Part shown: positions 43,944 through 54,817 of the stretch, in pieces | Layout of the letters: each line of letters starts with the position of its first letter | Position numbering within the stretch: the first letter of the stretch is position 1 | DNA from: Tetramitus jugosus | Taxonomy: Eukaryota; Protista; Heterolobosea | Reading direction: 5' to 3' | DNA length: 64,000 nucleotides | Assembly (NCBI GenBank): GCA_937625935.1 | Contig: OW569385.1 | Location: forward strand, 248,001 to 312,000 | The notes under the pieces: model-generated | Told to the model about the DNA's origin: nothing | What the model saw: only the letters and a program-made list of their open reading frames with translations | Database searches by the model: none | Position numbers and translations under genes: made by a program

Positions 43944-44192
43944 ATGAACCATAACAACAACAACTGTAACCATCACCACCACCACCACAATAGTCAACAA
44001 ACCACGAGTCATCACGTGGGTTGGATGCACTATGTAAAGCCAGTTGGTGATTCGCCGTCTTCTTCCAGCTCATCATCATCGTCCATGACGTCTGTTCAGT
44101 TGAATTATGGACCAACGAGTGAGCAAGACACGAATTTTTATCAATCTCAAAAATCATGGGACTTGGAGATGAACAAGCTGAGACAGTATTGA
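43944..44192 (+). CDS. Small His/Asn/Ser-rich protein (82 aa), unknown
   Basis: ATG in an A-rich context, TATATAAAA at 43856-43864, and host-typical poly-N/H/S composition. Confidence 0.5.
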   Translation: MNHNNNNCNHHHHHHNSQQTTSHHVGWMHYVKPVGDSPSSSSSSSSSMTSVQLNYGPTSEQDTNFYQSQKSWDLEMNKLRQY

Positions 44193-44520
44193 GTCAACCA
44201 GTTTGGTGTGTTGGAGTCTCTTGAAGCTTCTTCAAATTGCAAATTGGGAGAACGATAGAAGAGAGAAACATATTGTATTTAAATCATCATCAGAAGGGTC
44301 ATTGAGACAAATGACAGTTGTACATAAGATCACTTGTTGTTAATTATTATCAGTTTATGAAGAAAAGAATAAAGCTTGGCTTCCCACAACAGCACCCATT
44401 GTATTATTTCTCCTACAATTGTCCAAAATTCCGGTTCGGTTCTTGCGTTTGGTGGAACGGCTCAATTTTTCTCGTGTGGTTTTGTGTCAAAGCTCTTTGA
44501 TCAAAAAACGAACCAAACAA

Positions 44521-46091
44521 ATGAACTCACGATCAAATTTCACAAAACGTTGTCTCTTATTATTATTTGCTCTTTTCTTGTTGCTCCTTTGTGTGGCCAC
44601 TGTTTCACTCGCACAAAAGGACAACACTGATGAAAATGACAATGATTTTTGGTCGACTGTCAATGTCGTTACTGAACAATTACCACCACAATCACCAAGC
44701 CAATCACCAAGTTCACCGCTCATTGATGACGTTAATAAGCTCAACGATATTGTTGTGGAAGTGAAGAAGAAACCAGTCAAATCACCACCAAAAGCTGCTT
44801 CTGACTTTGAAGGTACGTTTTTTTTTTCTCATTTCGCATTGCATTCACAGATCATCATCATCGTTCACAACTAAGCTTGCTTGTTTTGATTATTTTAGAG
44901 TTTGATGAACAAGAAGATGAGTCGACTATTTTATCACAATCGAGCAGTAGTACTCATGGTAGCAGTAGTAGCAGCAGTGACATGAACACTCCACCACCAA
45001 CAGCACCCACTGCCATTATGGATGATTATCATGCAATCATGTCAGAACAAGAAAAGCGGTACAGTGAAGAGAAGAAAAAGAGGGAGAGTGAACCGATCCG
45101 TGTCTTCTCCTTTCCACAGCAAGACCATTTTTATTTTGAATTTGCGTGCATGGGTGTTTTGACATTGTTTTTCATTAATTTCATTGTTGGTAGAACGAGA
45201 AACAATCGATTGCTATCATTGTGGGCCAAGAATCATGTTACTCTCTTTTCGGATCAATTCTCCAACATTAATCGTCATATTCTTCAAAAGGAGAATCCAG
45301 GATTGCCGTTCAATGCAAATTCATTGACCGAGTATTACATGTACTGTACTGGAAGACAGAATATTGATCAGGGATGCATGGTTACGATCGATTTGAAGAA
45401 GAGACATGATTTGTTGTACTTGCTGATGGGATTGATCACGAGCAAGGTTGATTCGAGTGACGCAGTGACTTTGGATATTGCGTTGACTGATTTGGAACCG
45501 TGTGTATTTGCGCTTGTGTCTAAGCACTTGGAATCAACGTTCGAATCAGAGTGCAAGGACATTAGTCATCTCTGTAGCAAGTATTATATTTCAAAGGATT
45601 CCGAGAAATTCCCTGCCGGTAAAGTCGTGTTCACTGATTCGACTGAACTCAAGGACTTGAGCAATAGAGTCATGAGTGAAATAATGGCACAATTGAAAAA
45701 GTATGAAGACTTGTTGGAAGCCCTATATTTCAGTTATGACAACAATTCGATCTATCCGGAGCATAACAAGAATTTGCGTGTCATTCTCAAATTGCCAACC
45801 TCTGAAGATCAAATGGAGCGATTGAATGAGTTGACAAGTGTGATATTTAACATTGTTGACATGTTGCCAAAGCTTAAGCTCGAAAACAAGCAAAGAGAAG
45901 CCAACTTGTCTGCACGAAGAAAGTTCAAGGAAGAGCAAGCGAAACGTATCGAGAAACTAAAGCAAGAAAAGTTGGAGAAGCTCAAAAAGGAGAAGGAACA
46001 ACAAGAGAAGACCACCGTTCAAGAGCTACGAAAGAGAAGCACCAAAGGCAAGGATGGAAAGAAACCAAAGGTCAATCTAGTCTACTCGTAA
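44521..46091 (+). CDS. CCDC47: CCDC47 / PAT complex subunit (DUF1682); 2 exons
   Basis: Signal peptide, acidic lumenal region, one TM followed by NFIVGRTRN..L...W, YCTGR, LKKRHDL, basic coiled-coil tail. Intron 44813-44898 is frame-consistent. Confidence 0.85.
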
Positions 46092-46197
46092 AATGTGTAT
46101 CTCTGAACCAGTGTAACAAACTTCCTTTGTTTTTTCGCGCTTTTGTACTTTTCTCCGCATTTCTGTGTGAATTGAAAAAAACAAAACTTGAAGAAGA

Positions 46198-48351
46198 ATG
46201 ATGAGAAATGGCATTTGGAGGCGAGGACTGTCATCGACGTCGAGCAGGCATTGTGCCACCACAACCACCACCACCGTTAAACCAATGATTCTAAATCACA
46301 ACCGTCATCACTCATCCATTTCTCTCCCTCTAACTCTTAGTAGCTCCATTCACACACCAAGCTCACTCATTCAACCACCAAACCTTCATTATAACAACAA
46401 ACATATCATCAACAATTTTAATAATAATAATAATAATAATAGTAGTTTGTATCGTCATCCATCATCATCATCATCATCATTGAAATCAAGAAGAGAATAC
46501 AGTGTCAAAGCTTCGCAAAAAGATCCAAACACACTCAAGAAAAAATTGGACATGACACCATATCCTGTTGAACTCACCAGAAATTTTTGCATTATCGCTC
46601 ATATCGATCACGGTAAATCTACACTGGCCGATCGACTCTTGGAGATGACTGGTACGATTTCTCATGTCAACAACACTCAATACCTAGATAAGCTTCAAGT
46701 CGAAAAGGAGAGAGGTATTACGGTCAAGGCACAAACGTGTGCCATGTTTTATGAACATTCGGATGGTAAGAGATACTTGTTGAATTTGATTGATACGCCA
46801 GGACATGTCGATTTCAATTACGAAGTGAGTAGAAGTATGGCTGCGTGTGATTGTGCACTATTGTTGGTGGATAGTGGTCAGGGAATTGAAGCACAAACAT
46901 TGGCCAATTATTACTTGGCCATGGAATCCAATTTGACAATTATTCCGATTGTGACAAAGATTGATCAACAAACAGCTCTGCCAGAGTTGATTGTGAAGGA
47001 GTTGGTGGATGTGTTGGGCGTGGAGGAATCAGAGGTTATCAAGTTGTCTGCCAAGTCAGGCATTGGGTGTGATATGGTGTTGCCAGCGATTGTGGAACGA
47101 TGTCCCTCTCCAAAAGCACTCATCAAGAATGATTTGAAGGCTCTATTGTTTGATTCGTGGTTCGATATGCATTTTGGTGTGATTTCTCTCATTTATTTGG
47201 CTGCTGGATCATTGAGAGTTGGTGATTATATTGTTTCCAATTATTCAAAGAAGCAGTATGAGGTACAAACTGTGGGCATTATGCATCCTGAGCAAACACC
47301 AGCCAATGGGTTGTTTGCGGGACAGGTCGGTTATGTCATTTGTGGTATGAAGACAACAAAGGAGGCCAATATTGGTGATACGTTCTACGCCAAGGACAAA
47401 CCTGTGGAGCCGCTGCCTGGATTTAAGAAGGCAAAACCCATGGTGTTTGCAGGCATTTATCCTGTTGATAATGAAGATTATCCAAAGCTGAGAGACTCAA
47501 TTGAGAAATTATTGTTGACTGATTCGAGTATCACTCAGCAAAAGGAGTCTAGTGCTGCTCTTGGTTCTGGCTTCCGTTGTGGTTTTCTGGGATTGTTGCA
47601 CATGGACGTGTTCAAGCAGCGTCTGGATGATGAATTCGGTGCTCAGGTGATTATTACGACACCTACTGTGACATACAAGGTTCAAATGGAGAATGCAGAG
47701 GAGCCACTATTCTTTGACAATCCAAACCAGTTCCCAGAGTCTCACGTGCAACAATTTTTTGAACCAATCGTCGAAGCGACGATTACGACACCTCATGAAT
47801 ACATGAATACCATTATTAACTTGTGTCAGGAAAAGCGAGGTGTTCAAATCTCCATCTCCCACATGTCCAATGATCGTATCAGCCTGGTGTACAAGCTTCC
47901 ATTGAACGAAATTATTCAAGACTTTTTCGACAAGTTGAAGAGTATTTCGCAAGGTTATGCCACACTGGACTATGAGGAAAAGGGATTTGAAGCTGCTGAT
48001 ATTGTCAAGATGGCTATCATGTTGAACAAGGAACCTGTGGATGCATTAACGTTTATTGTCCACAAATCCAAGGCCGTGAGAAGAGCCAGAGAAATCACCG
48101 CCAAACTCAAGGACGTTCTATCGAGGCAATTGTTTGAAATCTCAATCCAAGCCTGTGTTGGTGCCAAGGTTATTGCCAGTGAAAAGCTTCAGGCCTTCCG
48201 TAAGAACGTGACGGCAAAGTGCTACGGAGGAGACATTACGCGGAAACGTAAGCTCTTGGACAAACAAAAGGAAGGTAAGAAGAAAATGAAACAACTGGGT
48301 CAAGTCAACGTACCACACGAAGCCTTTGTCGATGTATTCAAAGGAGGCTAA
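46198..48351 (+). CDS. GUF1: Mitochondrial translation factor GUF1 (LepA/EF-4)
   Basis: Presequence, [67 protein letters not shown]. Confidence 0.96.
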   Translation: MMRNGIWRRGLSSTSSRHCATTTTTTVKPMILNHNRHHSSISLPLTLSSSIHTPSSLIQPPNLHYNNKHIINNFNNNNNNNSSLYRHPSSSSSSLKSRREYSVKASQKDPNTLKKKLDMTPYPVELTRNFCIIAHIDHGKSTLADRLLEMTGTISHVNNTQYLDKLQVEKERGITVKAQTCAMFYEHSDGKRYLLNLIDTPGHVDFNYEVSRSMAACDCALLLVDSGQGIEAQTLANYYLAMESNLTIIPIVTKIDQQTALPELIVKELVDVLGVEESEVIKLSAKSGIGCDMVLPAIVERCPSPKALIKNDLKALLFDSWFDMHFGVISLIYLAAGSLRVGDYIVSNYSKKQYEVQTVGIMHPEQTPANGLFAGQVGYVICGMKTTKEANIGDTFYAKDKPVEPLPGFKKAKPMVFAGIYPVDNEDYPKLRDSIEKLLLTDSSITQQKESSAALGSGFRCGFLGLLHMDVFKQRLDDEFGAQVIITTPTVTYKVQMENAEEPLFFDNPNQFPESHVQQFFEPIVEATITTPHEYMNTIINLCQEKRGVQISISHMSNDRISLVYKLPLNEIIQDFFDKLKSISQGYATLDYEEKGFEAADIVKMAIMLNKEPVDALTFIVHKSKAVRRAREITAKLKDVLSRQLFEISIQACVGAKVIASEKLQAFRKNVTAKCYGGDITRKRKLLDKQKEGKKKMKQLGQVNVPHEAFVDVFKGG

Positions 48352-48422
48352 ACCAAAAAGCTAAAACATGAATTCACCCTTCAAACCCAAGTTTCACACA
48401 AACAACAAACACAAAAAAAAAC

Positions 48423-49559
48423 ATGCAAAGATTCACAAAAGCTCTTGTTGCAACAAGAGCTACAACCTTACGACGCATCACAACCACTCCCCCATCATTA
48501 TCATTATCATCGTCATTTCTTCATCGTTACTTTTCCACCACTCACTTGACTCCATTCCATCATCACCAACTTGATTTTTTCACTCAATCTCACCACTCGC
48601 TCAACAACACTCACATCAATGATGAAGATGAACAATCAAAGAAAATCACTTCTCTCGAACGACAAATGGACCTCTATTTTGAGCAGAGAGACTTTGAGAG
48701 AGCCATTCAAGTCGCACAGGAACTCATCTCACTCGATGAACAAAATTATGAGTGGTACATGGACCTAGGAACGGCTTATCAACAGTTGGGTCAACCTCAA
48801 CAGGCCATTCGCGCCATTGAGCGGTCTTTTCAAATTTCTCCGAAATTATCAAGTGCACCAGGAGAGGATGCAACGAGGTATGGTACGTTGGGAGAGTGTT
48901 ATGCAGCTCTACAGCAGTACGATCTAGCTCTTCAAAACATGAATCAGTGCATTTCGATGCTAGGAGAAAACGCGGGGTATCAGGTATTTCTCCGACGAGC
49001 GGAGATTTATTCACATTTGGGCGGGAAGAACAAGGAGAAGCATGAGGACATGTTAAGGGCCATGAGCATTGATCCAGAGAAGGAGGACACTCACAGAGAC
49101 TTCATGTGGCACCTTCACATGTTCTCCCAGTTCCATAACTTGCTTCAAACGATGAACACCAAGGAAAATGCAAGAAAAACACTGTATCACTTGGATGAGT
49201 GCTTGTTGTTGAACAAGGATGGGTCGTTTTCGCTGTATTTGACAAGATCAGGTATCAATATGGCTCAAGGTGAGTTTGATAAGGCTGCCAAGGACCTGGA
49301 CAAGCTCAGTCAATATTTGACAAGTGCTTATGCGTCGTCTGATTATCAGCAGGACCAGAGTGCGCTAGATAGAGTGTATAGTCGGTTGTTGGTTGCACGG
49401 ACGCAGTTGAATTTGGCTCAACATCGATACAGTGAAGCCAATGAATCGTTGAGTCAATTATTCAGTCAATCAAAGTTTTATTCTCTGTTGTCAGAGGAAG
49501 AAATGGAAACGTTGCAACGGATGAAGGCTGATATCGAAAGGAATTTGTCTCAACAGTAA
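48423..49559 (+). CDS. TPR-repeat protein, probably mitochondrial
   Basis: Presequence-like MQRFTKALVATRATTLRR...RYFS; TPR helices (WYMDLGTAYQQLGQPQQAI, LGECYAALQQYDLAL). Confidence 0.75.
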   Translation: MQRFTKALVATRATTLRRITTTPPSLSLSSSFLHRYFSTTHLTPFHHHQLDFFTQSHHSLNNTHINDEDEQSKKITSLERQMDLYFEQRDFERAIQVAQELISLDEQNYEWYMDLGTAYQQLGQPQQAIRAIERSFQISPKLSSAPGEDATRYGTLGECYAALQQYDLALQNMNQCISMLGENAGYQVFLRRAEIYSHLGGKNKEKHEDMLRAMSIDPEKEDTHRDFMWHLHMFSQFHNLLQTMNTKENARKTLYHLDECLLLNKDGSFSLYLTRSGINMAQGEFDKAAKDLDKLSQYLTSAYASSDYQQDQSALDRVYSRLLVARTQLNLAQHRYSEANESLSQLFSQSKFYSLLSEEEMETLQRMKADIERNLSQQ

Positions 49560-49637
49560 AGCACATTAATTAAATTTTTGACTTTGCCTGTTTGGAGATT
49601 TGTAAGATGGAAATGAGAACTGTTTAATACAATCGAA

Positions 49638-50156
49638 TCACTTGGATTGAGTGTCTGCCGACTGTGTTTTTGGTATGGTGTCCTTCTTTATCGACTTTTG
49701 TTCTCCCTTGTTTCCAGGCAACGTCTCTGGCAAGGTACCACCAGTTTTCTTCTCAGATTCCTGCACCTTTTCTTTCACATCCTTGCTGAGCTCTTCTTTT
49801 GCCTCTTCGGTGAGTTCTTCCTTGGACAGTTCCTTTTCACCTACCTTGAACTTCTTTGCCTCAGGTTCAATTGCTCCTTTGAGTTCGTCCTTTTCTTCCA
49901 ACTTCTTCTCCTGTAAAACTGCTTCAGATTTTGCAAGCTCTTCCTTCTTATTGTTATCTGATGACGAGGAAGGCTCTGCAAGCTCTTCTTTCTCCTTGAG
50001 CGATCCTTCTCCCTTCTTCATCTCGGCCAACTTTCTCTTACCCAAGTTGTCAGTATCACCAGAGGTCTTGAGTTGCTCCTTGTTGATATCTGGAGTGCTC
50101 ATATTGGTCTTGGTTTCTGCGACCATGTCCTTAGGCTGTTGGTTTGTTTCGACCAT
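49638..50156 (-). CDS. Lys/Glu-rich hydrophilic disordered protein (172 aa)
   Basis: ATG-initiated; repeated KEEL motifs; TATAAAA on the minus strand at 50276-50270. Confidence 0.7.
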   Translation of the reverse strand: MVETNQQPKDMVAETKTNMSTPDINKEQLKTSGDTDNLGKRKLAEMKKGEGSLKEKEELAEPSSSSDNNKKEELAKSEAVLQEKKLEEKDELKGAIEPEAKKFKVGEKELSKEELTEEAKEELSKDVKEKVQESEKKTGGTLPETLPGNKGEQKSIKKDTIPKTQSADTQSK

Positions 50157-50730
50157 TGTTTCTCAGAGGGTTGAAAATTAATTAAGAGAGAGTTTAAGTT
50201 ACAAGTTGTGTTGTTGCTTTGTTTTTGAAAAAAGAAAGTTAATGTCACACAGTTTCATGGGTGCCTTTCTTTTATAGACCAGCAGGAGATGGAGCACCTG
50301 AAATTGTGGAATATTCCTCCGTGTCACCTGATCAGAGCTGCTTTGGTGTGATTAATAAGCACTCAGAGCTTTTGCGGGCAGATCTGGTCGAGAATTTTCT
50401 TGATGCGATCAATAAGCTGAAAATATGTTGTGACAAACTGGTTATGTTTTTTTTAGCTTTTGTTTACGATACTTTGTTCCTTGATCGCATGCGGGGATAG
50501 TCCGAATGGGAGGATCCTCTCTTTTGGTGAAGAAGATTTGCCCATAATGACAGCTCTCCGATTGCCAGTCTTCATGTTGAACAGTCCGACATGATGGAGA
50601 GGCAAAAAGGTTCTCTTTCTTTTTGATTCAAGTCACCGTTATTGTGGTTGGCTTGCAGATTTAAGAGGTATGAACGCATCTATTTCTCTTGGTATGTGCG
50701 TGTTTTCAGCATCACACACCATCCAAGAAC

Positions 50731-53700
50731 TTACTTTGTTTTTGTTGACCTCAAATACTTATCATTGTAAATGGTCAGTACATCGGGTCTCTCGGATGGA
50801 TTGTACGTTAAACATTTGCGTATAAAGTCCTTACACTCCTCGGAGATGACAGGCTTGGGTGGGAAGACAATTGTTCTGGCATTGATAATCGTCTTTTCGC
50901 TCAAAATCTTCTGCTGGGACAAATCATTACCAAATGGCTTCTTTCCGAAGAGCATCTGGTAGAGAACGACACCAGCGGACCAAACATCAACCTTGGGGGA
51001 GATTTTTGGTGTGTTGCCTTGCTCAAAACACTCTGGTGGCAAGTACCAGTAGGTACCTGCACCTTGCGAGGTCAGCTCAATCGATTCCTCTTCTTCCATA
51101 ATTTTTGAAAGTCCAAAATCTGTGATTTTGATCTGACCATCCATGAACAATATATTGGCCGGTTTCAAGTCAAAGTGGATAATCTTGTTCTTTTGTTGAT
51201 TCAAGTAAGCTAATCCACTGAATACTTGGGCGATAATATTCTTTGCCTCCTTTTCTGGTATCTTTTGGTGCTTCTTGATGTAGAGATCCAAATCATATCC
51301 ATCACAGAATTCTAAAACAGTCACAAAAGTGTTATTGTCCAAAATGAATGTGTCAAACATTTGAATGAGACGCGGATGTTTCACACTCTTATGAATTTGA
51401 CATTCTCGCAGCACGTGCTTGATGTAATTCTCTTTTCGATTCTCTTTCCAATTTGCGTTGATTTGATGAATTTTGCAGGCGACTATTCTGCACTCAATCA
51501 GGTCATATGCCTTGTAGACTTCACTGAATCCACCTCGTCCTAACAATTTCATTAGGAAGTATCGCTTTTGGATCAGTGTAGGATTCTTAAAGCGAGATCG
51601 CTCTTGATCTCTAATCCGTTTAATCTCTCTGATTTGAATACTCTTTGAAATCAATAGTTTCTCACGTTCGGCTGTGATAATCGTCTCGTCCTTCTTGATC
51701 TGATTCAATCGCAATTTCAATATCTCTTCCTGTTCGTTAATGTCGTTGATTAGAATGTCGTTTTGCGAAATGGAACTGATTGATGAGGTACTGCTGGATG
51801 GCGCGGAGGGTGCTGGCATGAGTGCTTGCAGAGCAGAGGTCGATGCCGATGCAACAGAGGAGGAGGAGGAGGTACTGCTCTGTTGTGATTCGCTTGAACC
51901 CTTCTTGACATTGGCTCTCTGTTTCTGGAGTTGCTTCTTCATCTTCTCCAGTCGTTCCTTTTCTGCAGTGACTTGTGCTTGACGACGCTCCAAGTCGATA
52001 AACATCTCTCCATCTTGCCAAACCTCGAACGCGTCTCCAATCGTTTTCTGATATGTGATCGTTCCGATTCGAATCGAGTTCTGGTTCATTCTATCCTTAT
52101 CGTCCTTTCGCTCTTGTTCGGCAAGTTTTGTCAGCACTTCAATCAAACTGTTGCAGTACCTTTCTGTGCGCGTCGTGTCCAATACTTTTTGCTCTTCAAT
52201 CAATTGAACAAACTTTTGATCATAATCCTTGATCTTCTTCTCGCATGAGACAATCTTCTTGTCCTTCTCTTCAATCTGCTTGTACAGTTGTTGAATCAAA
52301 TCTCGTTGTTGTTGATCACTTGCAGAGACAACCTTTTTTCCAATGTTACTCGCACTGCCAGTATTGCTCGTCTCGGTGGTACCGTTCATTGTACCATTCG
52401 TATTGCCATTCATCTTGTTGACTTGGGCAGCGCCTGATGTAGCGCCCACATCGCTCAACATGGCAGAATTCGTCAAAGAGGTTGATATTGGTTCACTCTT
52501 TACACCCATTGATTCAATCGGTGATTCTTGAACAGTTCCAAACATGGACGCTCCAGGTTGAACAGATGATGTGGGCGTTCGAGGTGTCGGTGGTTGCGTT
52601 TGCAGCTTAGGAACAGGCTGCACGCTCACATAATCATGGATTGTTTTTTGTTTCTTGAGTGCTGGCTCTTCATTCGTGTTATTGTTGTTACTGTTGTTGT
52701 TCGAGCTCGGAAGTGCATGCTGATGACTGGCAGCAGCAGGAGCAGGAGCAACACCAGAATGCACAATAGAAGACGCATGATCATCATACTCTACTGCGTG
52801 AACAGGTGACATGTAGCCCAAGTTGTCCATGAGATCAGATGCACTGGACATGGAGGGAATATTGATGGGCTTTCGGCTCAATCGAGTGTACCGATTCTTG
52901 ACTTGATCCTTGGTACGACCAAGCTCGGACCACTTGATCAACTTGTCCCAATCCACATTCTTCTTCTTGTCGTCATAAAACTTTGTGACGCCCACGAGAA
53001 TTTTCTGGTCTTCATCAGGTGAGAATCGACCTCGTTTCCGACTCGATGACAACATTGATGCAGATTGCTTATTGGTATTGGATGCACTCAATAAATGGTC
53101 TCTGCTGCTTCCACCGCCATCTCCACCACGGCCAATAGCCACAACACCACCAATTGCTGTTGCACTTCCAACAAGCATACCACTGATACCATAGGGATAG
53201 TCTCCTGCATCAGATGAATTCGAATCAGGGTTGTTGTTATTCGTTGGATGAAGTGCCAATTGTTTGTGACTTCCGTTGCTACTGCTTCCACTCGTGTTGT
53301 TGTTGTGTTCAAATAAAATTTGTTGATGTTGTTGTAGCTGTAGTTGTAATTGTTGCTGCGATGATTGATGTGGTTGCAATGGTGGTTGTTGTTGATGATG
53401 TTGCGGTGAAGGGTACTGGGGATAGTGATAAGGACTGTTGTTGCCACTGTACTGCTGTGGTTGTTGCTGTTGATGATGATGTTGCAGGTGATGCAGTGGA
53501 TGACTGCTACTGCTACTCAATCCTCCCAGTAATGGACTGCCCATAGAACTACTCGTCGTTGTCGTCGCCAAATTTGCATTATTCTGATTCGGTGATGTTT
53601 GATGAATGGGTGAAATGGGAGGTGTTTGTTGTGGATACGGAGAATGATGCAAGGATGATTGTTGTTGTTGAATAGGATGCTGATGATGGGAGTGATGATG

Positions 53701-54024
53701 ATGATGAGATTGAGGAGATGAAGCATGTCCTAGCGTACTGTTCAGTGATAGGTTGGAGGTACTGTAGGATGGACTCGTGGCGATAGTCGGAGAAGCGTTT
53801 GCACTTGGATTGTTGTTGTTGGTGTTGTTATTGGAAGATGGAGTAGGAGTAGTGGTGGAAGGTGGAGGTGGAGTGGATGAGGAGGTAGTGGTGGAAGGAG
53901 GATTATTGTTGTTATTCGCTGATGATGATGTTGTTGCATGCATCACACTGAGTGATGTAGGTGGAGTCACAGCTGACACGTATGCACCACTGGGACTGGT
54001 AGAACTTGGAAAAGTGTGTGGCAT
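50731..54024 (-). CDS. TLK: Tousled-like kinase with an N-terminal Myb/SANT-like domain
   Basis: EVWQDG, LLGRGGFSEVYKAYDL, VACKIHQ...W...RK.NY.KH, IIHFDLKPANIL, ELTSQGAGTYWYLPPECF, KISPKVDVWS. Probable ATG at 54024. Confidence 0.92.
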   Translation of the reverse strand: MPHTFPSSTSPSGAYVSAVTPPTSLSVMHATTSSSANNNNNPPSTTTSSSTPPPPSTTTPTPSSNNNTNNNNPSANASPTIATSPSYSTSNLSLNSTLGHASSPQSHHHHHSHHQHPIQQQQSSLHHSPYPQQTPPISPIHQTSPNQNNANLATTTTSSSMGSPLLGGLSSSSSHPLHHLQHHHQQQQPQQYSGNNSPYHYPQYPSPQHHQQQPPLQPHQSSQQQLQLQLQQHQQILFEHNNNTSGSSSNGSHKQLALHPTNNNNPDSNSSDAGDYPYGISGMLVGSATAIGGVVAIGRGGDGGGSSRDHLLSASNTNKQSASMLSSSRKRGRFSPDEDQKILVGVTKFYDDKKKNVDWDKLIKWSELGRTKDQVKNRYTRLSRKPINIPSMSSASDLMDNLGYMSPVHAVEYDDHASSIVHSGVAPAPAAASHQHALPSSNNNSNNNNTNEEPALKKQKTIHDYVSVQPVPKLQTQPPTPRTPTSSVQPGASMFGTVQESPIESMGVKSEPISTSLTNSAMLSDVGATSGAAQVNKMNGNTNGTMNGTTETSNTGSASNIGKKVVSASDQQQRDLIQQLYKQIEEKDKKIVSCEKKIKDYDQKFVQLIEEQKVLDTTRTERYCNSLIEVLTKLAEQERKDDKDRMNQNSIRIGTITYQKTIGDAFEVWQDGEMFIDLERRQAQVTAEKERLEKMKKQLQKQRANVKKGSSESQQSSTSSSSSVASASTSALQALMPAPSAPSSSTSSISSISQNDILINDINEQEEILKLRLNQIKKDETIITAEREKLLISKSIQIREIKRIRDQERSRFKNPTLIQKRYFLMKLLGRGGFSEVYKAYDLIECRIVACKIHQINANWKENRKENYIKHVLRECQIHKSVKHPRLIQMFDTFILDNNTFVTVLEFCDGYDLDLYIKKHQKIPEKEAKNIIAQVFSGLAYLNQQKNKIIHFDLKPANILFMDGQIKITDFGLSKIMEEEESIELTSQGAGTYWYLPPECFEQGNTPKISPKVDVWSAGVVLYQMLFGKKPFGNDLSQQKILSEKTIINARTIVFPPKPVISEECKDFIRKCLTYNPSERPDVLTIYNDKYLRSTKTK

Positions 54025-54817
54025 GTTTTGTGTGTGAGTATGTGTGTGTTTTGTTTGGCTCTCTCTCTTTTTCAAGTAGTAGTTGAAGGGAACTTTTGTT
54101 GATGTTCTTCAATCGCAACGATCTTAATAGTCGTCGATTTCACGTGATTCTGGAGTGATGTTGTTGTTGTTGTTGAATAGTAGGTACCAAATGAAGGTAA
54201 TATAGCTATACTACTAGTACTTGATTGATATTGATGTTGTGTTGAGCTCAAAATTTGATGATGATGATTTGACTGAGCTCAAACGTACGTTCGTTTTTTT
54301 GCACAGCAGAGTGCACAAAAAAAGCAGAATGACAGACAGACTCGTTCTCTCTCAGAAGACCAAGTATCACACAATGATGATGGAGGGACCAAAAGAGTGA
54401 AAGTGACCCACGATTTTTTTTTGAATGCACAAGTCTCTCTGGGGGATGCGTGTTTTTTTTGATTTTTTCACAGGCAGTGGGACTTGGAGGAAATGTCAAT
54501 GAGTGTAATGTTCGTTGGTTGTTCGACCAAGAATTTGCACAAATGCTTTCAAAGAAGAGTAGTGTGGTGACTGTTGGTGTTTTTGGTTGCTGTTGAGTGG
54601 TGTGCAGGCCGCGGTGATGTGTGTGCCGTGAATCGTGTCGTGTTTCGTCGTATGTGTGTAGGGGAAGTATGATTGTGCGACCTTTGATGCAGTTCGTCTC
54701 CCTTTCGGAAGTGAACGCATAAGCGATTGGCGCGAATAGGAAAAAGGTTCAACTAGTTTATGGATTGTAATAAAAGCGCGAAAAATTTGTCCGGATTCTC
54801 TGTTTGGGAAACTGCGA

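Noticed and set aside
50554-50601. Hairpin CTCTCC/GGAGAG plus TCATGTTG/CGACATGA downstream of TLK
   Set aside because: Short stems with a very asymmetric loop and no H/ACA, C/D or SECIS boxes recognised.
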